Counted from the stretch's first letter, positions 29,399-38,770 are shown. The stretch is 64,000 nt of DNA from Candidatus Methanophagaceae archaeon (GCA_003194425.1 PQXB01000001.1:263522-327521); one strand, 5' to 3'. Made by a program: numbers and translations. Notes: generated by a model not told the origin, from the letters alone.

Positions 29399-30106
29399 AT
29401 GTTTGAAAATCTGCCGGGGATAATTCCCTCATTGGATGTTGAGATTGGAGAGGCGAGAAGGGTAGTAGAAGAGATCAAGGATTTGAGGCGGGAGATTTGC
29501 GGATTGAAAATAGGCTCGCTCCTTGCTTGGAAATATGGGTTGCAGAGGGTGGTGGAGGAGATGAAAAAAACATCTGATTTCAAATTCCCGATAATTTTTG
29601 ACGCACAGAAGGCAGGAACAGACATTCCAGAAATGACACGGAAACAGGTGAAAGTCGTTGCTGACGCTGGCGTAGACGCGTTTATCGCGGCTCCGCAAGG
29701 CGCTGGCTCGGCGACGCTTGCTGCTTTTGTGGACGCCTGCCTTGAACACGAAATAATTCCAATCGTGGTCGTAGAGATGACGCACCAGGATTTTGACGCT
29801 TTTCTGTCGGGCGACGCTTCGGAGAAGATTTTGGAAGACGCGTTGGAGCGGGGTGTTGAGGACTTTGTGGCTCCTGCCAACAAGCCCGAGCGTTTGAAGT
29901 TTTATAAAAATTTTGCTGAAGAGAAGAAGAAAGGGATAAAAATATTCTCGCCTGGGGTGGGTCCTCAGGGCGGCGGTCCCGATTCGGCTGTTGCGGCGGG
30001 TGCGGATTTTGTGATCGTTGGCAGAGCGATTTACGAGGCGGAAAATCCGCGAAGAGAAGTGATTCGGATTTACGAGAAGATTAAGAAGGTTAAGAAGGCG
30101 GTGTAA
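29399..30106 (+). CDS. pyrF: Orotidine 5'-phosphate decarboxylase
   Basis: Size and motifs (PSLDVE, DAQKAGTDIP, GVGPQGG) consistent with archaeal-type OMP decarboxylase. Confidence 0.65.
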   Translation: MFENLPGIIPSLDVEIGEARRVVEEIKDLRREICGLKIGSLLAWKYGLQRVVEEMKKTSDFKFPIIFDAQKAGTDIPEMTRKQVKVVADAGVDAFIAAPQGAGSATLAAFVDACLEHEIIPIVVVEMTHQDFDAFLSGDASEKILEDALERGVEDFVAPANKPERLKFYKNFAEEKKKGIKIFSPGVGPQGGGPDSAVAAGADFVIVGRAIYEAENPRREVIRIYEKIKKVKKAV

Positions 30107-30109
30107 AAA

Positions 30110-30565
30110 ATGGAACTAAACAGACAGAACCGCTACCAATTTCAGTGGTGGGCACTCTCGCTAGTCGACGCACGACCGTTCGGCGATAAAAAGAAAGGTG
30201 CTGACACTGGAATCGACGGCTATTTCTTCTTTAACGACGCTGGCGAGACAAAGAAGGCAGTGGTGCAGGTTAAGAGCGGTAAAGTCGGAGTCAGCCAAAT
30301 CCGCGAACTAATCCAAGTCGTAGCGAGAGAGAAAGCGAAAATGGGCTTCTTCTTGACTCTAAAAACTCCAACAGCAGCAATGACCGAAGCAGCCACAGGC
30401 GAGGGATTTTATTCTGATTCCTTCGGTAATAAATATCCAAAGCTCCAAATCTTTACGATTGAAGAACTTCTTAACAATAAAAGTCCAGACACGCCGCAAA
30501 AAGTCGGTCTCTTTGAATCTTTCCGAAATACCAAAAGGAGAAAGAATAAAAGAAACAAAAAATGA
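30110..30565 (+). CDS. Standalone Mrr-like restriction-endonuclease-domain protein (paralog of the methyltransferase C-terminus)
   Basis: Begins with the same first four codons as the methyltransferase (MELN) then the Mrr-like domain; carries QVK where the fused copy has SVK. Confidence 0.55.
   Translation: MELNRQNRYQFQWWALSLVDARPFGDKKKGADTGIDGYFFFNDAGETKKAVVQVKSGKVGVSQIRELIQVVAREKAKMGFFLTLKTPTAAMTEAATGEGFYSDSFGNKYPKLQIFTIEELLNNKSPDTPQKVGLFESFRNTKRRKNKRNKK
30121..30525 (+). repeat. Direct repeat copy B (~0.4 kb) flanking pyrF
   Basis: See copy A. Confidence 0.85.
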
Positions 30566-31719
30566 AAAAGCCGATATTTGACGATGTTGGGAGTTACCCA
30601 CTGCCCGAGGGAACGACGAAGGAGTGGCTGAAAGAAGCCTTCTCCAGTGCTGCTACCAATTCCCAACTCTACGAAATAATAAGAGAAGCGATGTGGCAGA
30701 AGATAAACGCGGGCGTTGAAGTCCCGAACTACCCGCAGTTTCAAAATATGATTTCGCAGTTCAGCGAGCCGATTTTGGACGACAGCCGCACAGAAGCACC
30801 GCTGCTCGTAAAAGAAGAAGAGGCGAGGCTGGTCGAGCTGGACGCTTTAGAGGGGCTGGCTGCGGAGTACAGGGAAGAGCGAGGGGGAGGAAGAGGAAGC
30901 GGAGAGGGAGGAAGAGGGAGCGGAGAGGGAGGAAGAGGGAGCGGAGAGGGAGGTGGGGAAGGGGAGAAATTGAAAATCAGAATTTGCGTTACCGGCCCTG
31001 TAGAGTTGTACTACAGCCTCTTTCCACCGCCGGTTTACACAGACGTCCTCTCAAACATTGCGAAATCAGTGGGCAGGTTCGTAAAGCACGCGGTGGAAGG
31101 AGCGAGGAAAGGAGCGAAGAAGAGGAATTACGAGGTGAGTTGCGTCTCAATTGACGAGCCGAGCATTGGGTTAGACCCTCGCATTGAGGTAAAGGAAGAC
31201 GAGGAGAGCGTAGTCACCGCACTCGAACTCGCCACCGAGTACGCGTCTCGAACCGCGGGCGTTGACACGCAAATTCACCTGCACTCGCCGATTTTTTACG
31301 AGACCGTTTGTCAGGTGGAGGGGATAAAAGTGATTGGGCTGGAGTCTGCGGCTAACCCGTCCCTCCTTGCTCTAATTGACAAAAAAGAACTCGAGCAGCA
31401 CGACAAGTTCCTCCGCATCGGCGTCGCGAGAACTGACATCTTCAGAATGGCTGCCGAGTACGACGAGAGGCACAACACGAACTCCTTCGGGAAAAGCGGG
31501 AAGGAGAGAAGGATTTTGGAGGCAGTGGTTAACGAGTACAACAGCCCTGCCCTCGTAAAAAAGCGGTTGGAGAAAGCGTCTACGATTTTCGGCGAGCGGG
31601 TGCTGTACGCTGGTCCTGACTGCGGACTTGGGGCGTTTCCCAGTCAGGAGTTGGCGTCTTTGGTCTTGAAGAACACTTCTCTTGGGCTGCGGGGGCTGCG
31701 GGAGCGGGATTTTCGGTGA
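30562..31719 (+). CDS. MetE-like (cobalamin-independent methionine synthase family) protein
   Basis: C-terminal AGPDCGL motif and overall resemblance to the MetE catalytic domain; contains (GGRGSGE)3 insert. Confidence 0.45.
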   Translation: MKKPIFDDVGSYPLPEGTTKEWLKEAFSSAATNSQLYEIIREAMWQKINAGVEVPNYPQFQNMISQFSEPILDDSRTEAPLLVKEEEARLVELDALEGLAAEYREERGGGRGSGEGGRGSGEGGRGSGEGGGEGEKLKIRICVTGPVELYYSLFPPPVYTDVLSNIAKSVGRFVKHAVEGARKGAKKRNYEVSCVSIDEPSIGLDPRIEVKEDEESVVTALELATEYASRTAGVDTQIHLHSPIFYETVCQVEGIKVIGLESAANPSLLALIDKKELEQHDKFLRIGVARTDIFRMAAEYDERHNTNSFGKSGKERRILEAVVNEYNSPALVKKRLEKASTIFGERVLYAGPDCGLGAFPSQELASLVLKNTSLGLRGLRERDFR

Positions 31720-31739
31720 AATTCTAAAATTCTAAAATT

Positions 31740-32504
31740 CTAAACCCTCCAGAGCAGCGGCATAAGCAAAAAGAGGACGACATTTGTCATGCCGTGTGAA
31801 ATGCTGACGCCGATGATCGAGCCTGTGAACTCCTTTATGTAGGCGTAGAAGCAGCCGATTAGGAAGACGAAGACCACATCGAGTGGCGACAAGTTTCCAA
31901 TGTGCATTACAGCGAAAAGGGTCGTGGTAAAAAGAATTCCTGTGTGCCGAGCGGGACTGAAATATTTAGTGGCGTTGTGTTGAATAATTCCCCTAAAAAG
32001 AAGTTCCTCGATGAACCCGGTGCAGACCATAAAAATCACAACCGGAGCAAAAAGCGACCTGAAGGAGAGCTCCTCTAACAGCGGACCGGGCTCCAAAATT
32101 AAATACTCAACAACTCCAAAAGGAACGCCTGTAAAACTTATTGCAAGTTGCGAGGGGATTTGCCGCAGTTTGAGCACGAGACCAACATCCTTTTCGTTTA
32201 AGTGCTGAGAGAAGATCAAAATTGCAGAAGCGAAAAAAAGCGGGATGCTCAGTAAAAAAAACCACTGCACAAAATGAAAAAGGTAAAGAGGGGCGTAAAG
32301 AGTAAGTATTCTGATTAGGGGAACGAGCGCGAGAGAAGTGAGGAGGTGCGAGCTATTTTTGTCTGTGGGGTACGAAAATGCTGCGTGTCCGAGGAGGGTA
32401 AAGAGAAGGAGACCGTGGCAAAAGAGCCCCCAATCTGATTTGAGTAGAGCTGTAATTCCCTCGGCAGCGGTGATGAGAAAGAGGTAAATAAATTCTTTTT
32501 TCAC
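31740..32504 (-). CDS. CPBP-family (CAAX protease-like) intramembrane metalloprotease
   Basis: Multi-TM protein with EELLFRG and FAVMHIGN motifs; start overlaps stop of the upstream gene. Confidence 0.7.
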   Translation of the reverse strand: MKKEFIYLFLITAAEGITALLKSDWGLFCHGLLLFTLLGHAAFSYPTDKNSSHLLTSLALVPLIRILTLYAPLYLFHFVQWFFLLSIPLFFASAILIFSQHLNEKDVGLVLKLRQIPSQLAISFTGVPFGVVEYLILEPGPLLEELSFRSLFAPVVIFMVCTGFIEELLFRGIIQHNATKYFSPARHTGILFTTTLFAVMHIGNLSPLDVVFVFLIGCFYAYIKEFTGSIIGVSISHGMTNVVLFLLMPLLWRV

Positions 32505-33373
32505 TCAACTTCTCCTTCCTTTCTCCTTCTCCTAACAAACGGAAAAATAATATAGCCAACTGGCGCCAAGACCAGAACCGCAATTACCGCGGAGCCCAGA
32601 ACTCCGTGCTCACTGACCAACATCTCGGCGACCATTTTCTCCTTCGGCTTCACCTCAAACATCTCGGGGAAAGAGTCCGCAGCGAGTTTTTTCACCGGCT
32701 CTAAAACCGCCTGGGGCGACCCGCTTAAACTTAAAGGTGCTAACGCGGAGACCCGAACCATTGTCACCTCCTTTGGCAGCGACATTCGCTCGTCCTTCAC
32801 AAAGTAGTACAACACAACCCTCCTTTCTGTTATTTCGCCGTCCTCGCCGCGTTTTACCACTACCAGCTTCTTTGCACTCAACTCGCCCCGAAACAGAAGC
32901 CCCTCCTTCTCCGACCGCCACGGTCCTTTAGCCCACGAGGCGTTGGCGACCGGAATCTTGACCTTCCCCTCTTCCTCTATTTCGTAGCCCAACGCGGGGT
33001 AGCAGACCACGGGCGGGTGGAACGAGGACAGGTTCGAGCCTTGAACGATGACGAAAAAGACAGGGCTTGAGTAGTTGGGCGACCGGTAAGCACGAGAGAG
33101 GACAAGGTCAGCACCCAGAGTCTGTTTCACTCCTGACCAGTCGTAGCTTGTGCTGTGCCACTCGCCGATTTTCTGCGGGAAATTTTTCATCTGCTCGGGG
33201 TCAGCGAAGTCGAGTTTTGTCTTGACAAAAATCCCCGTGCCCGAAGAGCTTTGAATCTGCGTGTCAATCAGAGAGAGACCGCTGGGCGAAATCATTCCGG
33301 GCGTTGAGAGCAGCGGAGTTAAGACGCAGACCAACGCGATTATTCCGACGGTCGTCCGAAACGTTTGTCTCAT
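32501..33373 (-). CDS. EpsI-like exosortase/archaeosortase-associated protein (tentative)
   Basis: N-terminal TM, central FHPPVVCYPALGYE motif resembling EpsI-family proteins, C-terminal TM with RRRRK. Confidence 0.45.
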   Translation of the reverse strand: MRQTFRTTVGIIALVCVLTPLLSTPGMISPSGLSLIDTQIQSSSGTGIFVKTKLDFADPEQMKNFPQKIGEWHSTSYDWSGVKQTLGADLVLSRAYRSPNYSSPVFFVIVQGSNLSSFHPPVVCYPALGYEIEEEGKVKIPVANASWAKGPWRSEKEGLLFRGELSAKKLVVVKRGEDGEITERRVVLYYFVKDERMSLPKEVTMVRVSALAPLSLSGSPQAVLEPVKKLAADSFPEMFEVKPKEKMVAEMLVSEHGVLGSAVIAVLVLAPVGYIIFPFVRRRRKEGEVE

Positions 33374-33415
33374 TCTCTCATTCTTATCTTTATTATGATA
33401 TTTATTACCTCCTTC

Positions 33416-34252
33416 TTAAAGGGGTCTTAACTTTAACCTTAACTTCAACTTAAAAACCCCCGCAGCCGCGAGAATCAGCACCAACGCGACCAAAAAGAAA
33501 AGGACGCTTGAGCAGTCGTGAGCAAAGCCAACCGCAACCTCCACTCCGAACCAAGTGCCGATGAGGAGTGTTACGAAGAGCCGAAGTATGTTTGACGCCA
33601 GTGCAAACGGAACAACGAGGGCTAACAGCGAAATCCGAGCAAGCAGGCGTCCGCTTCCGAGCAAGTACGCAACGACCGCGGTGAGCGCGAAGAGCGGCAT
33701 AATTCGGTTTAAGCCACTGCACGCCGGTGCGATCCAGTAAGTGTTTCCTGCGAGTGTAACGCAGTTCCCGGAGGTTGAGGTGGGCGTTCCCAAGACCCCA
33801 AAAATCGCAGAGACCGCAGAGGCAGAGAGGTTCTGAAGCGGTACTTCTAAAGCTTCAAAAGCCTGGAACGGAATCGCGGTCGCGAGAAGGAAGACTGGAA
33901 AGAGAAGGGGCTTCGCCCTCTTTCCCAAGAAGACTAACGAAAATCCAGCCAAGACCGGCAAGAGCGAGAAGGCAAGCAGTGTCGGCAAGTGCAGGACAGT
34001 GCCGAGAAGGTAAAGAGAAAACCCGAAGCAGAGCAAGCAGAGCGGCAGGAAAAGCCAGTCTTCCGGCTCGGCACGATAAATTTCCTTCCGCTTGAGCCAA
34101 ACAAGAAACGCTCCCGCGGGCAGCAGCAGAAGACCGTGGCTGTAGTACGGGTCGTCGAGCCAAGCACGGAACAGCCAGCGCACGACTTCGTGGTAAAGAC
34201 CGGCTACGAGCAGTGCTGAGCAGAGCAGAACGAGGGTTTCAGTTCTCTTCAT
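33416..34252 (-). CDS. Archaeosortase/exosortase-family transpeptidase
   Basis: Polytopic membrane protein with conserved IAPACSG (Cys), NILRLF (Arg) and FAHD (His) motifs. Confidence 0.75.
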   Translation of the reverse strand: MKRTETLVLLCSALLVAGLYHEVVRWLFRAWLDDPYYSHGLLLLPAGAFLVWLKRKEIYRAEPEDWLFLPLCLLCFGFSLYLLGTVLHLPTLLAFSLLPVLAGFSLVFLGKRAKPLLFPVFLLATAIPFQAFEALEVPLQNLSASAVSAIFGVLGTPTSTSGNCVTLAGNTYWIAPACSGLNRIMPLFALTAVVAYLLGSGRLLARISLLALVVPFALASNILRLFVTLLIGTWFGVEVAVGFAHDCSSVLFFLVALVLILAAAGVFKLKLRLKLRPL

Positions 34253-34428
34253 TTATCATTTTGCTGCCTCTCTCCTCTGCCTGCTACGGCGTCCTTCAGT
34301 GCCTCCGCCATCTCGCCGTCCTCCACTACAAGCGCCCCTCGGTAACCGCAGTCCCGGCACTCGTAAATCTCGCCAAGCCAAGGCAGGTAGTTCAAGTTAT
34401 TAGAACCGCACTTTGGACAAAATTTCAT
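34249..34428 (-). CDS. Small zinc-ribbon protein
   Basis: MKFCPKCGSN...YECRDCGY; start taken at internal ATG so as not to overlap tpiA; ATGA overlap with archaeosortase start. Confidence 0.5.
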   Translation of the reverse strand: MKFCPKCGSNNLNYLPWLGEIYECRDCGYRGALVVEDGEMAEALKDAVAGRGERQQNDK

Positions 34429-34430
34429 CT

Positions 34431-35162
34431 CTACAACCCCCGCATCAAGTCCAGCAGCGCCGCCCGCGGGTTCTCCGCCTTCACCACCCCAGAAGCCAGC
34501 AAGACGCCGTCTGCACCCAGTTCTAACGCTGCACGCACGTCCTCGCCGTTCGTAACGCCCGCACCGCAGAGTACGAGGCACTTTTCGTGCACCCGCTTCA
34601 CCGCTTTTACCGTCTCCTCCACAATTCCGGGGTCCACCTTCGAGACCGCCCGTCCGCTGCCGATCAACTCCGGCGGCTCAACCGCAACCGCGTAGGGCTT
34701 CAATTCCGCAACCGCCCTGCTCACCGCGGTGTTGTTCGTGCAGACGATGGTCAAGAGCCCCAGCCGCGCCGCCTTCTGCACTAAAAAATCAATCTCCGAA
34801 ATCTTCAGCCGACGCTCGGAGTGGTTCACGAGCGTCCCCACAGCTCCCGCCTCTTTTACAGACTCCAGAGTTACGGAGCCGGTGTGGCTGCCCGGTTCCA
34901 CCGCGTCGGCGTGCTGTGCAAAGCAGGGAATGCTCACCACCGACGCAATCAGCCCAAGCTCGGCTTGCTGCGGGCAAATAACAACGCTCACCCCTTTCTC
35001 AACCGCCACCTCCTCGCAAATCTCGGCAAGTTCAAAACCCCGCTCCCCCACCGACTCCGCGTACGCCTTCTCGTTCAAGACCACCACCGGCGTCTCTATT
35101 TCTACCCGCTTTCCTGCTCCTGAACCTATTTTCATTCTTTCCTTCTCCAACACCATTTCCAT
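34431..35162 (-). CDS. tpiA: Triosephosphate isomerase (archaeal type)
   Basis: Archaeal TIM-like sequence (PVVVLNEKAY..., ...VNHSERR..., CGAGV). Confidence 0.8.
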   Translation of the reverse strand: MEMVLEKERMKIGSGAGKRVEIETPVVVLNEKAYAESVGERGFELAEICEEVAVEKGVSVVICPQQAELGLIASVVSIPCFAQHADAVEPGSHTGSVTLESVKEAGAVGTLVNHSERRLKISEIDFLVQKAARLGLLTIVCTNNTAVSRAVAELKPYAVAVEPPELIGSGRAVSKVDPGIVEETVKAVKRVHEKCLVLCGAGVTNGEDVRAALELGADGVLLASGVVKAENPRAALLDLMRGL

Positions 35163-35163
35163 T

Positions 35164-35895
35164 TTACAAAATCCCCTCTAAATCCTCTACTCCCCCTACC
35201 AAAAAAGTAGGCTCACAATTCCAATTTTCTCGGAGTTCCTCCGCCTTTCCCCCTCTAAAGATAAAAACCGAGTCAATTCCTGCCCTCTTGGCTGCTAAAA
35301 TCCCGACAGGACTGTCGTCCACCAAGACCGCACTCTCCCGCCCCCGCTCGCTGCTCAGCCCCAACTCGCTCAAGACCCGATTTATGTAGAACGGGCTCGG
35401 CTTCCGCTTTGCGAGGCTCGCCAACTCGCTCTGCCTGCCGTACCAAATCTTGAAGTAAGGCGTCAAGCCGAAATGCTCCAACGCGTAGTCCACGCACTCC
35501 TGCTGCGAGTCGCTAACTACAGCGAGCCAAGCCGCATTTTGGCTGAGATATTTTATCACCGCCTCCGACCCCTTGCAGAGCGTTATTTCGCCACGCTGAA
35601 TCGCATTTATCTTCGCTTCAATCACATCCTGCTCACGCCGCGCCCAAAACTCCTCGCAGTCCAGCCCGAACCGGTTGCAAAACCCTCTCACTTCTCTCAC
35701 TCCCACCTCCCCCTCGGAATGCAGGGGAGCGAGGAAAAGGTCGTCTATTTCTTTAATTGTGAGCGTTATTCCGTAGTGCCTCAAAGTCTTCTTGAACGCC
35801 TCGTAAGCCCACTCGTAAGGGGTTTCGCCCACGCCACGCGAGTCCAGAAATGTCCCGTCCATATCAAAAATGACGACCTTGTATTTTTTTCGCAT
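35164..35895 (-). CDS. HAD-superfamily hydrolase
   Basis: N-terminal VVIFDMDGT motif. Confidence 0.7.
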   Translation of the reverse strand: MRKKYKVVIFDMDGTFLDSRGVGETPYEWAYEAFKKTLRHYGITLTIKEIDDLFLAPLHSEGEVGVREVRGFCNRFGLDCEEFWARREQDVIEAKINAIQRGEITLCKGSEAVIKYLSQNAAWLAVVSDSQQECVDYALEHFGLTPYFKIWYGRQSELASLAKRKPSPFYINRVLSELGLSSERGRESAVLVDDSPVGILAAKRAGIDSVFIFRGGKAEELRENWNCEPTFLVGGVEDLEGIL

Positions 35896-35941
35896 CGTTT
35901 TAATTACAAATGCAAGTTATAAATAAAGTGGTGAGAAGAGG

Positions 35942-36361
35942 ATGAGCGTTGTAACGAAGGAACTGCACCTTGAGACGAGGGGCGAGGTAGAAATTCTCGA
36001 CCTCACCGAGAAGGTGAACCGCAAGTTGAGCGAATCTGGGATTGAAGACGGCGTCGTGACGATTTTCGTGCCCGGCTCAACCGCGGCGGTGACCACGATT
36101 GAGTACGAGCCGGGTCTGCTGCTGGACTTGCCGAACGCGTTGGAGCGGCTCTTTCCCAAGCGGATCGGCTACGAGCACGAACTCAGGTGGCACGACGGGA
36201 ACGGGCATTCACACGTGCGAGCCGCGTTTCTCGGTCCCTCGCTGACGGTGCCTTTTCGGGGCGGGAAAATGTTGTTGGGGACTTGGCAGCAGGTCGTGTT
36301 CGTCGAGCTGGACAACAAGCGAAGGTCGAGAAGGGTAATTCTGCAGGTCGTGGGCGACTAA
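35942..36361 (+). CDS. YjbQ-family protein (secondary thiamine-phosphate synthase-like, UPF0047)
   Basis: Length and motifs (ITIFVPGSTAAVTTIEYEPGL, HSHVRAA) typical of YjbQ. Confidence 0.7.
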   Translation: MSVVTKELHLETRGEVEILDLTEKVNRKLSESGIEDGVVTIFVPGSTAAVTTIEYEPGLLLDLPNALERLFPKRIGYEHELRWHDGNGHSHVRAAFLGPSLTVPFRGGKMLLGTWQQVVFVELDNKRRSRRVILQVVGD

Positions 36362-36390
36362 GTGTGCAGACTAAGTGGGTTAATTAAAGG

Positions 36391-37878
36391 ATGGACAGGC
36401 GGATTGTTTGCGGCAGCGTCGGGAGCATCTTAAAATATCTCGGTATTTTAATGCTCGTCCCGCTTGGAGTGGCGGTTTGGTACGGGGAGGAGACGCTGCC
36501 GTTTCTGATTTCACTCGCTGCAACCACCTCGTTTGGAGTGGTTTTAGAGCGGCTCGGGGCGACGGAGGGGGTGATAAAAAGGAGAGAGGGTTTTGCGATT
36601 GTCGCGTTGGGCTGGCTCGCAGTTGCAGCCTTCGGCGCCCTGCCCTTCCTCTTTTCGTCTGAGTTGGGGGCAGGGGCAGGGGCAGGAGCAGGGGCAGGGG
36701 CAGGAGTAGGGGAAGAGTTAGGAGTGAGGGCAGTGGACGCTTTCTTTGAGTCAATGTCTGGCTTTACGACTACAGGAGCGACGGTGCTTCGGAATTTAGA
36801 GCAGGTAGACCGCAGCGTTCTTCTGTGGCGTAGTTTTACGCAGTGGATTGGCGGAATGGGTGTCATTCTGCTTTTTATTGCGATTCTTCCGACTTTTGGC
36901 GTCGCAGGCAGTCAGCTCTTTGACCGCGAGTTCCCGGGTCCGATGGCAGAGCGGATTCGACCGCGGGTTCAAATGACCGCCCGAATGCTGTGGTCGATTT
37001 ACCTGATTTTGACAGTCGCCGAGATTCTTGCTCTCCTCTTTGCAGCGAAGATGCCGTTGTACGACGCTCTCTGCACCGCGTTCTGCACGATGCCTACAGG
37101 GGGGTTCTCACCGCACCCGGAAAGCGTCGGCGGCTACCTCAACCCTGCCGCGGAGTTAATTGTCGTGGTCTTTATGTTTCTCGCGGGGATGAATTTCGTC
37201 CTGCACTACGCTTTGCTAAGGAATCCGCGACGCGTTCTCGAGAACAAGGAATTTCAGGTCTACTGCCTGCTGCTCGCGACTGCGGTCCTCTTAATTGCCG
37301 CGGATTTGGCTCTGCACGAGTTTGAGATTCAGGAGGCATTTCGCTACGGCGGGTTTCAGGCGGTCTCTTTTATGACGACTACAGGGTTCGTGACTGCGGA
37401 TTTTGAGGCTTGGGGAGGCTTGTCCAAGACCGTTCTCTTCGCTCTGATGTTTGTCGGCGGGTGCGGCGGCTCAACAGGCGGAAGCATAAAAGTCGTCCGA
37501 GTTTTTGTTCTGCTAAAAATCGTGAAGCAGCGGATTCGACACATTCTCTACCCGCACGCTATTTTTGTTTTGAAGACAGGGGACAAGCCGGTTTCGGAGG
37601 AGATTCTGCAGGGAATTAGCGCCTTTTTTATCTGCTACATTTTTATCTTCGCACTCGGCTCGGTTGCGATGGCTGCGGTGGGCTTGGACTTGGTTAGTGC
37701 AGCGTCTTCGGTAGCCGCGACGCTTGGAAATGTCGGACCGGGGTTTGGTCTCGTCTCCGTCGACTACGCTGCGGTTCCCGTGCTGGGAAAGCTCGTCCTG
37801 TCTTTTTGTATGTGGGCGGGCAGGCTGGAGCTCTTTACGGTCTTGGTTCTGCTGACGCCTGCGTTTTGGCGGGGCTGA
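36391..37878 (+). CDS. trkH: TrkH/KtrB-family potassium transporter
   Basis: Multi-TM protein with repeated MPT-type pore segments (GFTTTGAT, TTTGF); (GA)n insert. Confidence 0.75.
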   Translation: MDRRIVCGSVGSILKYLGILMLVPLGVAVWYGEETLPFLISLAATTSFGVVLERLGATEGVIKRREGFAIVALGWLAVAAFGALPFLFSSELGAGAGAGAGAGAGVGEELGVRAVDAFFESMSGFTTTGATVLRNLEQVDRSVLLWRSFTQWIGGMGVILLFIAILPTFGVAGSQLFDREFPGPMAERIRPRVQMTARMLWSIYLILTVAEILALLFAAKMPLYDALCTAFCTMPTGGFSPHPESVGGYLNPAAELIVVVFMFLAGMNFVLHYALLRNPRRVLENKEFQVYCLLLATAVLLIAADLALHEFEIQEAFRYGGFQAVSFMTTTGFVTADFEAWGGLSKTVLFALMFVGGCGGSTGGSIKVVRVFVLLKIVKQRIRHILYPHAIFVLKTGDKPVSEEILQGISAFFICYIFIFALGSVAMAAVGLDLVSAASSVAATLGNVGPGFGLVSVDYAAVPVLGKLVLSFCMWAGRLELFTVLVLLTPAFWRG

Positions 37879-37896
37879 GAAAAGGAGGGGAAAAGA

Positions 37897-37985
37897 GGCG
37901 GCTGGGAGGTTGGGAGGGGGTTTGGAGGTTTAGCGGTTGGGGGTTTGGAGGTTTAGCGGTTGGGGGTTTGGAGGTTTAGCGGTTT
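37897..37985. repeat. Intergenic tandem repeat, 23-nt unit, about 3.5 copies
   Basis: TTTGGAGGTTTAGCGGTTGGGGG repeated head-to-tail between convergent trkH and MTAP genes. Confidence 0.85.
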
Positions 37986-37993
37986 GTTTAGAT

Positions 37994-38770
37994 TTAGAGA
38001 AGGAGAAGACACGCAAGCACCTTCTCCAAGTCCGCCCTGATTTTTGACGCTGCCTCAACGATTTTCTCGTAGTCTAACTCTTCGTCAGAATCAGAAATGC
38101 CGTGTGCGTAGTTGTCTACGGTACTCAAGTTCGCGTACTCAAGCCCCAGTTCCCTCGCAAGCGTCGCCTCCGACGCCATATTCATTCCAACGATGTCTGC
38201 GTAATTTTTTATAAAATTTATCTCTGCCCGCGTCTCGAGCCGCGGTCCGCTCGTCTGGAAATAAACACCACTCTCAACGAGCTCAATGTTTAAATTTAAA
38301 CCTCTTACCACTTTTATTAGTGCGACCCTCAAATCCTCCGACAACCCGGGCGTAATGTGAACAAGTTGGTCGTCGTAGAACGAGGGCGTGCCGCAGAGAT
38401 TTATGTAGTCGTGGGGAACGACAAACGACTGCGGTTTTATGCCGAGTTTTAAACTGCCGACTGAGGTAACGCCGATGATTTTGCGAACCCCGAGTTGCTT
38501 GAACGCTGCGATGTTAGCTCTGTAATTTATCTTGTGCGGCGGGATGTTCTTCGCTCTTCCGTGCCGCGGGAGGAAGTAGAAAGAGTCCTCAGCCTTGGCT
38601 TTAGAACTAAACAAGAGGTAAGCAGTGCCGTACTTCGTCTTAACCTCTCTCGGCTCTGCACTCGCACCCTCAACTGCACCCTCAACTGCACCCTCAACTG
38701 CACCTTCAACTGCACCCTCAAGCAGTTTCGTTCCGAACAGACTCGTCCCGCCGATGATTCCGAGCGACAT
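37994..38770 (-). CDS. mtnP: S-methyl-5'-thioadenosine phosphorylase / purine nucleoside phosphorylase
   Basis: MTAP-like N-terminus SLGIIGGTSL and overall family resemblance; (EGAV)5 insert. Confidence 0.75.
   Translation of the reverse strand: MSLGIIGGTSLFGTKLLEGAVEGAVEGAVEGAVEGASAEPREVKTKYGTAYLLFSSKAKAEDSFYFLPRHGRAKNIPPHKINYRANIAAFKQLGVRKIIGVTSVGSLKLGIKPQSFVVPHDYINLCGTPSFYDDQLVHITPGLSEDLRVALIKVVRGLNLNIELVESGVYFQTSGPRLETRAEINFIKNYADIVGMNMASEATLARELGLEYANLSTVDNYAHGISDSDEELDYEKIVEAASKIRADLEKVLACLLLL

Noticed and set aside
28951-30525. pyrF flanked by direct repeats as an engineered pop-in/pop-out marker cassette
   Set aside because: The repeats are only about 90% identical, with mosaic divergence and changes at the protein level, so this looks like natural paralogy rather than a construct
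36380-36866. Minus-strand ORFs overlapping the trkH 5' region
   Set aside because: Antisense to a well-supported transporter gene; Pro/Ala-rich shadow frames created by the (GA)n repeat
37897-37985. Possible CRISPR array
   Set aside because: Units are contiguous with no spacers, only about 3.5 copies, and no cas genes nearby
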